A DNA stretch of 64,000 nt from Acidobacteriota bacterium (GTDB lineage Bacteria > Acidobacteriota > Vicinamibacteria > Vicinamibacterales > Fen-181): assembly GCA_025363775.1 (NCBI GenBank), contig JANYLG010000158.1, positions 112 to 64,111 of the forward strand. The letters run 5' to 3'. Both the position numbers and the translations under genes were made by a program. The notes beneath the pieces are model-generated. The model was not told where the DNA came from. It made no database searches and was given only the letters and a program-made list of their open reading frames with translations. Positions 30,665 through 39,700 of this stretch are shown here, piece after piece. The first letter of the stretch is position 1, and every line of letters starts with the position of its first letter.

Positions 30665-31785
30665 GAATCCTGCACCTCTACAAGGACTACAGCCCGGTGC
30701 TGGGCGGGATCGAGAACCACATCCGGGTTCTCGCCGAGGCGCAGGTCGCGCGCGGCCACGACGTGACGGTGCTGGCCGCGAACCGCGGCTGGCGCACGAG
30801 CCTGCAGACGATGAACGGGGTGAACGTGGTGCTCGCCTCGCGCTTGGGCACGATCGCGTCGACGCCCATCAGCCCTTCGCTGTTCTACTGGCTGGCGCGC
30901 ATCGAGACTGACATCGCGCATCTCCATTTTCCACACCCGCCGGGTGAAGTGGCGCACTTGCTCCTGGGCCGCGCTGCAGGCACGGTCATCACCTATCACG
31001 CCGACATCGTCAGGCAGCGCCGGTTGCTGCGCGTCTACCAACCGCTCTTGCGGCGGGTGCTGGCGCGGGCGCATCGGATCCTGGTGACGAGCCCAGCGTA
31101 CGCGGACACGTCCCCCTACCTGCACGACGTCCGGGACAAGTGCCTCATGGTGCCGCTCGGGATCGACGTCGAGCGCTTCGAGAACCGCTCAGGCCACACG
31201 CCGACCGGCTTGAGGTCGCGGTGGGGCCTGCCTCTGAACCGGCCGGTGGTCGTCTTCGTGGGACGGCTGCGGTACTACAAGGGGCTCGACTACCTGCTGC
31301 GGGCGCTGCCGTCGGTTCCCGAAGTCCACGTGCTGCTCGTCGGAGGCGGCCCGCTGTGGGATCACACCCGGGCGCTGGCGGCAGAGCTTGGGGTGGCCGC
31401 GCGGGTGGTGTTCACGGGCGACGTGAGCGATGCGGATCTTCCCACGTGCTACATGGCCGGCGACATCTTCGTGCTGCCGTCCCACACGCGGGCCGAGGCG
31501 TTCGGCACGTCGATCGTGGAGGCGATGGCGGCGGGGTTGCCGGTCATCAGCACCGAGATCCAGACGGGAACGTCGTGGGTGAACCAGGACGGCGTGACGG
31601 GTCTCGTCGTGCCGCCGTGCGACCCCGACGCCCTCTCGTGCGCCATCCGCTCACTGGTGGACGATCCCGGAAAGCGGGCGGCCATGGGACGGGCCGGCCT
31701 CGCCCGCGCCCGCGAGTTCTTCCAGGCCTCGACGATGGTGGATGCGGTGGAGACGGTGTACCGCGAGGTGATAGCTGGCAGCTGA
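30661..31785 (+). CDS. glycosyltransferase family 4 (GT-B)
   Basis: MRILHLYKDYSPVLGGIENH start, FVGRLRYYKGLDYLL, and LPSHTRAEAFGTSIVEAMAAGLPVIST. ATGA overlap with the upstream gene. Confidence 0.85.
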   Translation: MRILHLYKDYSPVLGGIENHIRVLAEAQVARGHDVTVLAANRGWRTSLQTMNGVNVVLASRLGTIASTPISPSLFYWLARIETDIAHLHFPHPPGEVAHLLLGRAAGTVITYHADIVRQRRLLRVYQPLLRRVLARAHRILVTSPAYADTSPYLHDVRDKCLMVPLGIDVERFENRSGHTPTGLRSRWGLPLNRPVVVFVGRLRYYKGLDYLLRALPSVPEVHVLLVGGGPLWDHTRALAAELGVAARVVFTGDVSDADLPTCYMAGDIFVLPSHTRAEAFGTSIVEAMAAGLPVISTEIQTGTSWVNQDGVTGLVVPPCDPDALSCAIRSLVDDPGKRAAMGRAGLARAREFFQASTMVDAVETVYREVIAGS

Positions 31786-31840
31786 TAGCTGGCAGCTGAT
31801 AGCTGATAGCTGATAGCTGGCAGCTGACAGCTGGCAGCCT
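31771..31840. repeat. 10 tandem heptads (5 atagctg, 3 gcagctg, 1 acagctg, 1 gcagcct)
   Basis: Counted by hand. The first two units encode the last codons (IAGS*) of the glycosyltransferase. Confidence 0.9.
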
Positions 31841-31854
31841 TTCACGCGTGATTT

Positions 31855-31931
31855 GCTGCCCGCTGCCCGCTGCCCGCTGCCCGCCGCTTGCTGCCCGCCG
31901 CTTGCTGCCCGCTGCTTGCTGCCCGCTGCCG
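31855..31931. repeat. 11 tandem heptads (7 gctgccc, 2 gccgctt, 1 gctgctt, 1 gctgccg)
   Basis: Counted by hand. The array ends 2 nt before the ubiE stop codon and is partly complementary to the 31771-31840 array. Confidence 0.9.
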
Positions 31932-31933
31932 TT

Positions 31934-32641
31934 CTACTTCTCTGCCGTATAGAGCGTCACGATCCCGAACGTGAGCGGGATGGCCTTGGACTCCCGGAAG
32001 CCGCACGCTCGCAACAAGTCGAGCATCACGTCGGGAGGGATGAAGCTGCCAACCGATGCCGGGAGGTAGGCATAGGCTGAGCCGTGCCCGGATACCAGGC
32101 GGCCGATACGCGGGAGCACGTAGCGGAAGTACGGAAGGTAGACCGCGCGAATCAGCGCGGCTGTGGGAATACTGAACTCGAGGATCGCCAGACGCCCGCC
32201 TGGCCGAAGCACCCGGTACATTTCGGCCAGCCCCCGCTCAGGCTTCTCGACGTTCCGGATCCCGAACGCGACGGTGGCCGCCTCCATCGAGGCGGTGGCC
32301 ACCGGCAGCCGGGTGGCATCGCCGCGGGCCAGAGAGATGCGGTTCGTCTTCCCGAGCCTGCGGATCTTCGCTGCCCCCAGGCGCAGCATCTCGCCGGAGA
32401 AGTCAACGCCGAGCACGTGCGCCGCGCCGGGCGAGGCGCTCACCGCCGCCACCGCCACATCCGCCGTGCCGGTGCAGACATCCACGATGGCCTCGCGGCC
32501 GGTCAACTGCAGCGACAAAATGGCGCGAGACCGCCAGTGCCGGTCGAATCCCGCGCTCAGCAGGTGGTTGAGAAAATCGTAGCGCGCGGCGATCGCGTCG
32601 AACATCGCGGCAACGCGGGCCGGTCGTTTGTCGATCGCCAT
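31934..32641 (-). CDS. ubiE: demethylmenaquinone/ubiquinone C-methyltransferase
   Basis: VAAMFDAIAARYDFLNHLLSAGFDRHWR and the SAM motif VDVCTGTAD. Confidence 0.88.
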   Translation of the reverse strand: MAIDKRPARVAAMFDAIAARYDFLNHLLSAGFDRHWRSRAILSLQLTGREAIVDVCTGTADVAVAAVSASPGAAHVLGVDFSGEMLRLGAAKIRRLGKTNRISLARGDATRLPVATASMEAATVAFGIRNVEKPERGLAEMYRVLRPGGRLAILEFSIPTAALIRAVYLPYFRYVLPRIGRLVSGHGSAYAYLPASVGSFIPPDVMLDLLRACGFRESKAIPLTFGIVTLYTAEK

Positions 32642-32709
32642 GATTCTTGCCCGCCGACCTGACCGAGGATGTGGCGCGGGTCTTCAGACTCGCGGGGGTA
32701 TCCGCGCCG

Positions 32710-33654
32710 CTACACGCCCGCCGCCATGCGGTCCGTGATCCGCTGCGCGAGTTCCAGCGCTCGGCGTCCGTCCTCGCCCGGCACCAGCGGCGGTCGATGC
32801 TCGCGGACCGCGCCCAGGAAATCGGACAATTCGAGCACGAGCGGTTCCTCGCGCGGCACCTCGAGCTTGCCGCCCTCAATGCCGGGTCGAACGTCGGCGC
32901 CGCGCACGAGCCGGTACATCTCCACTTCCTGCGCCGCGTAGTCGATCGAGAGATAGGCGTCCGGCTGGAAGAACCGGATCTTCCTGACGCGGTCGCGGCT
33001 GATGCGGCTCGCGGTGATATTGGCAATGCACCCGTTCTCGAATCGCAGCCGCGCGTTGGCGATGTCCACCCGGTCTGTCAACACCGGCACGCCGACCGCC
33101 TCGATCGACGCCACCGCTGCCGGCACGATCGAGAGGACGATGTCGAGGTCGTGAATCATCAGGTCGAACACGACATCGATGTCGAGGCTGCGTTCCGGGA
33201 ACGTACCGAGCCGGTGAACCTCGATGAACCGCGGGTTCTGCAGGTGGCGCGACGCGACGGCGACGGCTGGATTGAACCGCTCGGTGTGCCCGACGGCGAG
33301 CACCGTCCCGCTCTTCGCCGCCATCGCGATCAGGCCGTCCGCCTCTTCCAGCGAACGCGCCAGCGGCTTCTCCACAAGGACGGGGATCCCCTGTTGGACG
33401 AACGCCGCGGCCACCTCGAAGTGAGCCTGCGTCGGCACGGCGATCGACACCGCGTCCACCTGGCCGAGCAGGTCGTGGTAGTCGGTGAACGGCCGCGTAT
33501 GGAAGGCCGCCGCGATTTCCGCTGCGCGGTCCGCCTTGATGTCCACGACGCCCACGAGCGTTGCGCCCGGCAGGCTCGAGAGGATCCGGGCGTGGTGGCG
33601 GCCCAGGTGGCCGACACCGACGGCCGCTACCCGAAGTGGCGTCACGTTGGTCAT
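32710..33654 (-). CDS. Gfo/Idh/MocA-family NAD-dependent oxidoreductase
   Basis: N-terminal Rossmann motif RVAAVGVGHLGRHH and an EKP motif (LVEKPLA). Confidence 0.8.
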   Translation of the reverse strand: MTNVTPLRVAAVGVGHLGRHHARILSSLPGATLVGVVDIKADRAAEIAAAFHTRPFTDYHDLLGQVDAVSIAVPTQAHFEVAAAFVQQGIPVLVEKPLARSLEEADGLIAMAAKSGTVLAVGHTERFNPAVAVASRHLQNPRFIEVHRLGTFPERSLDIDVVFDLMIHDLDIVLSIVPAAVASIEAVGVPVLTDRVDIANARLRFENGCIANITASRISRDRVRKIRFFQPDAYLSIDYAAQEVEMYRLVRGADVRPGIEGGKLEVPREEPLVLELSDFLGAVREHRPPLVPGEDGRRALELAQRITDRMAAGV

Positions 33655-33669
33655 AGAAATCGATTCCGC

Positions 33670-34500
33670 TCAGGCGGTTGTCGGGCGCCCCCGCCCCACG
33701 ATCGCGATGCCCGCTGCGTCGGCAGCCCTGATGAGTTCCTGCAGGTCGAAGACGAGCGTCTTGCCGGCGTCGACCGACAGCACGGTGGCGCCGGCCTCCC
33801 GCATCGCCTGGACCGTCGGCACGCCGACGACCGGAACGTCGAACCTCATGTCCTGTGTCGGCTTGGCCACCTTCACGACCCGCGTGCCCGGGCCGGCCAG
33901 CCGCCCGGCGCGCGCGACCACCGCGTCGGTGCCTTCCATCGCTTCGACCGCCACCACCGCCGCGTCCTTCACGACCACCGTCTGACCGATGTCGAGCCCC
34001 GCGATGGCGTCGGCCATGGCGTAGCCGAACGCCAGGTCTGACTCCTCCGGCCCGGTCAGCGGCCGCGACGCGATCCGGCCCGACCGGGCCAGCAGCGGCG
34101 TCAGGAAGGCGGTTGAATCGAGCAACTCGACCCCGTGCTCGCGCATCACGTCGGCGACGGCCGAGATCAGGGCGTCGGTGTTCTTCGACCGCAACCGGAG
34201 CAGCGCCGAGAGCAGCAGGCGGTCGGGGAGGATGCTCGAGAAGATCTTGACGTGCTTGACCTGGCCGGCCATCACCGCGTGCGTCGCGCCCGCCGCCCGC
34301 AGCGTCTCGATGCACTTGCTCAACTGGCCGAGCGACAGCCAGACGATGTCCGCCCGAGGCTCGCGGGCGGCCGCGGCGTTCAGGTCGGGGGACGCCTCTT
34401 CCTGGACGGCGACAATCGTCACATCGTGCCCGAGGCGGCGGGCCGCGTCGAGCACCAGGAAGGGAAAAGTGCCGTTGCCGGCGATCAGGCCGATACGCAT
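33670..34500 (-). CDS. lpxI: UDP-2,3-diacylglucosamine pyrophosphatase LpxI-like (DUF1009)
   Basis: [27 protein letters not shown]... and a position immediately downstream of lpxA, as described for LpxI. Confidence 0.7.
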   Translation of the reverse strand: MRIGLIAGNGTFPFLVLDAARRLGHDVTIVAVQEEASPDLNAAAAREPRADIVWLSLGQLSKCIETLRAAGATHAVMAGQVKHVKIFSSILPDRLLLSALLRLRSKNTDALISAVADVMREHGVELLDSTAFLTPLLARSGRIASRPLTGPEESDLAFGYAMADAIAGLDIGQTVVVKDAAVVAVEAMEGTDAVVARAGRLAGPGTRVVKVAKPTQDMRFDVPVVGVPTVQAMREAGATVLSVDAGKTLVFDLQELIRAADAAGIAIVGRGRPTTA

Positions 34501-34528
34501 CGGGACTCGATCATCCTCGCGACACGCG

Positions 34529-35785
34529 CTACTCGTCCAACACCGATTCGTCCGCGCGTCGGGCCGGCCGGCGCAGCAGGACCCCGCGGTGCGACCCGCG
34601 GATGAAGTCGATCAGGTACTCGACCTCCGGGCACACCAGCGACTCGTCGGCCTGGATCCGGCTCACCGCCCGGGTGGTATTCAGTTTCGACACGAGCAGG
34701 TAGCGGTACGCGCGTTTCAGCTTGCCGACCGCCTCGGAGGAGAACCCGCGGCGGACGAGGCCGATCGTGTTGAGGCCGTAGATGCGGGCGCGGTTGCCGA
34801 CCGTCTTCGCGTACGGCATCGCGTCCTTGGTGACCACCGAGTAGCCGCCGATGAACGCGTGGCGACCGACGCGGCAGAACTGGTGCACTCCGGAGAAGGC
34901 GCTGATGTTGGCGAAGTCCTCGACGTGCACGTGGCCGCCGAGGGTTGCCGCGTTGCCCAGGATCGTGTCGCTCTCGACGGCACAGTCGTGCGCGATGTGC
35001 GCGTAGGCCATCAGGAGGTTGCGGTTGCCCACCCGCGTCAGCCCTCCACCCTCGACGGTGCCGCGGTGAATCGTGACGAACTCGCGGATGATATTGGCGT
35101 CGCCGATCACCACCCGGGTCGGCTGCCCCGCGTACTTCAGGTGCTGCGGCGGCAGGCCGATCGACACGAACGGCGAGATCTCGTTGTCGTCGCCGATCTC
35201 CGTCCACCCGTCGATCACCGTCGACGCGCCGATGCGGCACCCCTTGCCAATCCTCACGTTGGGCCCGACGAACACGTTCTGCGCCACCGTCGACCCCTCG
35301 CCGATCATCGCCCCTGGACTCACGACCGCCGACGGGTCGATGAAGACGCGGTCGGGCTCGATGGCCATCAGCAACTCGGCCTCTGCCACGACCTGATCGC
35401 GGACGTACGCCACGCCGTGCAACCGCGCGATCCGCCCGCGGCCGGTCCGCCGCGACACCTCGAGGCGCACGCGGTCGCCCGGCACCACCTGCCGGCGGAA
35501 CTTCGCGTCGTTGACCCCGCGCAGGAAGACGCGGGCCGTCGGACGCCCCTGATCACGGTGCAGCAGCAGGAAGGCCGAGACCTGCGCCAGCGTCTCGATC
35601 ATCAGCACGCCTGGCATGAGCGGCGCGCCCGGGAAATGACCCTGGAAGAACTCCTCGTTCACCGTGACGTTCTTGATCGCCACGACGCGCTCATTCGGCA
35701 CGTGCTCGGTGACGGTATCGACGAGGAACGAGGGGTACCGGTAGCAGAGCCGGTCGATCAGGAGCGGAATGGTATTGGCGTCCAC
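34529..35785 (-). CDS. fused FabZ (3-hydroxyacyl-ACP dehydratase) - LpxA (UDP-GlcNAc O-acyltransferase) ORF
   Basis: The FabZ part is YRYPSFLVD...[27 protein letters not shown]. It continues in frame, with no stop, into the LpxA part [11 protein letters not shown]...[28 protein letters not shown]...HIAHDC...[13 protein letters not shown]. The GTG start at 35785 is tentative (frame open to 35923). Confidence 0.8.
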   Translation of the reverse strand: MDANTIPLLIDRLCYRYPSFLVDTVTEHVPNERVVAIKNVTVNEEFFQGHFPGAPLMPGVLMIETLAQVSAFLLLHRDQGRPTARVFLRGVNDAKFRRQVVPGDRVRLEVSRRTGRGRIARLHGVAYVRDQVVAEAELLMAIEPDRVFIDPSAVVSPGAMIGEGSTVAQNVFVGPNVRIGKGCRIGASTVIDGWTEIGDDNEISPFVSIGLPPQHLKYAGQPTRVVIGDANIIREFVTIHRGTVEGGGLTRVGNRNLLMAYAHIAHDCAVESDTILGNAATLGGHVHVEDFANISAFSGVHQFCRVGRHAFIGGYSVVTKDAMPYAKTVGNRARIYGLNTIGLVRRGFSSEAVGKLKRAYRYLLVSKLNTTRAVSRIQADESLVCPEVEYLIDFIRGSHRGVLLRRPARRADESVLDE

Positions 35786-35858
35786 AGTCGTCGTCAGGGT
35801 TCGAGGGAGCTGGAATACGGGGCGGGTCGTCCGGACACAGCCGTCACGCGGGCCGGAA

Positions 35859-35903
35859 GGAAAAAATGAAAATGGAAAATGCAGAACTGTCCCCCTCTGC
35901 ATT
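35859..35903 (-). terminator. rho-independent terminator-like hairpin downstream of skp
   Basis: The minus strand reads AATGCAGA-gggggacagt-TCTGCATT followed by TTCCATTTTCATTTTTTCC. This is an unusually AT-rich patch. Confidence 0.6.
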
Positions 35904-35983
35904 CTCCATTCCCAACTTCTCATTCACGCCGCGCTCGGTCCATGCGGCCTGCGACCCGCCAGTGTTTCCCGCGCGGGCGGCAG

Positions 35984-36679
35984 TTAGTGACGGACCGCGG
36001 GAGGCGTCGGCGGCTTCGCGCCCGCCGCCGCCGCGTCGAAGCGCTTGATGATGTCGGACGTCAGGTCGAGGCCCGGATCGGCCCACACCATCCCGGCGTC
36101 GGTCTGGCTCAAAAGGATCTGCAGCCCTTTCTCCACCGCCACCTGCTGGATGACGGGCGACAGCTTGCGCTGGAATTCCAGCTGTAGCTGCTGCTGGAGT
36201 TCCGTCATCTCCGCCTCGGCGTCCTGCTGCAGCCGCTGGATCTCGACCGTGAGCCTCTCGACTTCCTTCGTCGTGGTGGCGCGCGCCTCTTCGCTGAGCA
36301 GCCCGCCGCTGCTCAGCTTCTGCTGCGCCGTCTCGAGCTGCTTGTTCTTGCCGTTCAGCTCGGCCAGCTTCTTCTCGCGCAGGGCGTTCACCCTGGTGGT
36401 TGACGCCTTCCCCTCGGCTGATTCGGCGGCGATGCGCGGGATGTTCATGTACCCGATCTTCGCCCCCTCAGGAAACGGCCGCGGGGGTTGCGGCGCGGCC
36501 TGCGGAGCCGGGGTGACCGGCTTCTGTGTCGCGAACACAGGCGGCGTCGTCGGCTTCTGGGTGACCGGCTTCTGGGTGGCGGGCGCAGGCGGTGTGGTGG
36601 GCTTGGCTTGGGCCAGTGCAAACGTCGGAACGGATCCCAGCGCCAAGCTGAGTACCACGGCAACGGTGAAGCGTCTCAT
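35984..36679 (-). CDS. skp: OmpH/Skp periplasmic chaperone with Pro/Thr-rich N-terminal repeats
   Basis: Signal peptide, then KPTTPPAPATQKPVTQKPTTPPVFATQKPVTP repeats, then a coiled-coil region (LETAQQKL...LQQDAEAEMTELQQQL). Directly downstream of bamA. Confidence 0.75.
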   Translation of the reverse strand: MRRFTVAVVLSLALGSVPTFALAQAKPTTPPAPATQKPVTQKPTTPPVFATQKPVTPAPQAAPQPPRPFPEGAKIGYMNIPRIAAESAEGKASTTRVNALREKKLAELNGKNKQLETAQQKLSSGGLLSEEARATTTKEVERLTVEIQRLQQDAEAEMTELQQQLQLEFQRKLSPVIQQVAVEKGLQILLSQTDAGMVWADPGLDLTSDIIKRFDAAAAGAKPPTPPAVRH

Positions 36680-36747
36680 CAGTGCAGTCCCTTTCTCTCT
36701 CGTGCTCGGTTTACAGTCGTCTTGCGTCGTACGTGTCCTACTCTGTC

Positions 36748-39700
36748 CTAGAAGGTCGACCCCACAGCGAACTTGAAGGCAAACGCGCTCTGCGGCTGCA
36801 GGCTGTTGTCCAGGATGCCGCGGCGGTGCGGATTGTATGCGAAGATCAGCCGGAACGGGACGTTCAGCACCGGCATGAAGAACCGCACTTCTGCGCCCGT
36901 GGACGTCTTGAATTCCCGCAACGCGAACTTCTCACCCTCGCCGCGCACCTGCCCCGCGTCGAAGAACAGGACGAGGCGCACCGGGCCGGCAATCGATATC
37001 AGGTACTCCGCGTTGAACAGCAGCAGCTTGTTGCCGCCGACCACGAGGCCGGAGTCCACCTTGGTCGACTCGAGCGGCACCTCGCCCGGCATCAGCGCGG
37101 GCAGGAACGTCAGACCGTTGTAGGTGGGCGGAACGGTCGTCATCGCCCGCGGCCCGACCGTCCGGATGTCGAAGCCCCGAATGCTGTACTCGCCACCTGC
37201 AAACAGTTTCTCGGTGATCGGTAGTTGCTTGCTTCCCGAGAACGACGAGATGTACTCGGCCTGCGCCCGGAACCCGAACGACGCCCGCTTGGTGTGCTGG
37301 AGGTACGCGACGACCTCCGCGTTCGGCTTCCAGAAGTTCGTGTCGCCCCCGATGCCAGCCAGGTCAACCGAGACAGTATAGCGTTTACCGGTGGTCGGGA
37401 AAACCGGGCTGTCCACGGTGTTGTAGACGATGCTCGGCACGACCTTGCTGATCGTGCGCGCGCCGCCCGACCCGAGCAGGAGCGAGTCGGCCAGATACGG
37501 GTTGCTCGCGATCAACTGCGGATCCTGGTACAGCGGGTTGAGGTCCACCACCTTGGTGTGCTCGTAGCTGTAGTTGAGGAACATCCGCGTGAAGTCCTTC
37601 AGCGGGAAGCCGAAGATGATGTTGCCGCCGGTCGAATCCTGCGTGAACTGCCCAATGTACTCGAGGCGACGCTTGAACACGTCGATGCCACCGGTGATCG
37701 CGCGGTCGAACAGGTAGGGCTCGGTGAAGGCGATCTGGTAGTTCTGGGCGCGCGAGCCGGCCTGCAGGTTGATGCTGAACGTCTCGCCGCGGCCCAGGAA
37801 GTTCGCGGTCTGGAATCCCAGCGTCCCGAAGAACCCTTCGTACTGCGAGACGCCCGCGCCGAACTGAAGCTGGTTCCGGTTCTGCTCCTCGAACTTCAGC
37901 GTGACGTCCATCTTGTTCTCGGTGCCCGGCGTCTCCTTGACGTCCACGTCCTTGCCACCCTCGAGCGGCTTGAAGTACGCCAACTGGTTGATCCGCTTGA
38001 TCGAGTACTTCAGCGCCTCGGTGTTGAAGACGCCCTCCTCGAACAGCCGAATCTCGCGCCGCACCACGCTGTCGCGCGTGGTGGTGTTCCCCGTGAAGAC
38101 GATGCGGTTGACGAAGTACTGCTTCCCCTCGTCCACCTGGAGGACCACGTCCACCCGGGGCGGGCCGCCGCGCACCGCTCGCCGGGCGGGCGCGTTCTGC
38201 GCAGCCCCGGCCGGCTGCTGCCCCGCCTTCGCGGGTTCGCCGGGCTTCGCCTGTTCGCCCGCCTTCGCCTGTTCGCCCGCCTTGGCCTGTTCGCCGGGCT
38301 TCGCCTGTTCGCCCCCCTTGGCCTGTTCGCCCGCCTTCGCGGGTTCGCCGGCCTTCGCCTGCTGCCCCGCCTTCGCCTGCTCGCCGGGCTTCGCCTGTTC
38401 GCCCGCCTTGGCCGGTTCGCCGCCCTTCGCGAGCGGGTCGGTCTTCGCGCCTTCGGCCGAGGCCTTCGCCCGGTCGGCCGCCTCCGCCCCTTCGGCAGGC
38501 AGTCCCGCGGGCGGCGCGCCGTCCTCGTCGTGCGGCTTGGTCATCGGCACGAGGTTGAACTGGTAGTACCCCCCGGCGCCGTAGAGCTCGCGCGCCTTCT
38601 CGTACCCCTTCTTGATCGCCTTGTCGCTGTACCAGTCCCCGGCCTTCACCTTGAAGAGGGGACGCAGCGCCTCCGACTTGACAATCTTGTTGCCCTCGAA
38701 CGTCAGGTCCGCGATCCGGAAGCGTTCACCCTCGGTGATGGGGATCCGCAGCTGCACCCACCGCACCTTCTTGTCGTTGGAATCCTCGATGTACTTCAAC
38801 TGGGGCTCGAGCACGCGGGCGCCGATATACCCGTGGTCGCGGTAGTAGGCGATGACCTTGTCGGCGTCCTCTTCGTACTTGCCTTCCTGGTAGCTGCCGC
38901 CGCCCGTGATGAAGGAGAAGAACGACCGTCCCTTGTTGTTCTTCATCTGGCGCTTCAGCGCGAAGTTGCCAACCGCCTTGTTGCCGGTGAACTCGACGTC
39001 GCGGATCTTGACCTGCGGCCCCTCGTCCACCTGGAACGTCAGGTTCACCAGCTTGGGTCCGCCCGGCACAGACTTGATCTCGGGGGTGACGGTCGCGAAC
39101 TGATAGCCCTTCTCGGCCAGCATGTCGAGCACGATCTTCTTGACCTTCCGCACCATGCCGGGGTCGATGAACGAGTCGAGGCGAATCTGCGCGTTGTCTT
39201 CCTTGAGCTTGTCGTCGATCTTGGTCTGCTCGAGGTGCTTCGCCCCCTGGTAGTCCACGATCTTGACGCGCTGCCGTTCCTCGATGTTGTAGGCAATCAG
39301 CTTCCCGGTCACGCCGTTGGCAAACGGATAGTCGATCACGTCGATCGACAGGTTGTCGAGGAAGTTCGTGCCCCAGAGCTGCTTGAAGTCCTGCTTCAGC
39401 GCGTCGGCGGTCGACGCGTCATCCCACGGGGTCCACACGCCCGCGGAGGGGCGGCTGGCCTTCGCGTGAATGTAGTAGAGGTAGGTCTCGGGCTCGATGA
39501 CCGATACGCCACCCTGCTCCGGGAAACACACGCCGATCAGGTAGATGACGGGGCCGGAACCGGCGGGAGGCAGCTGGCTCGGCGGGCCAATTTCCTGGCC
39601 GCACCACAGCACCCGGCCTTCCGGCAACGGCTTGACGGCGGGCGGCTGCGGAGGCGCGGCCTGCTGAGCCGCGGGCTGCTGAGCCGCGGGCTTCTGAGCC

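Noticed and set aside
31771-31931. Heptad arrays considered as a CRISPR array or as coding minisatellites.
   Set aside because: The unit is 7 nt with no unique spacers and no cas genes. A 7-nt period is incompatible with an amino-acid repeat. The arrays are kept as an unclassified repeat family instead.
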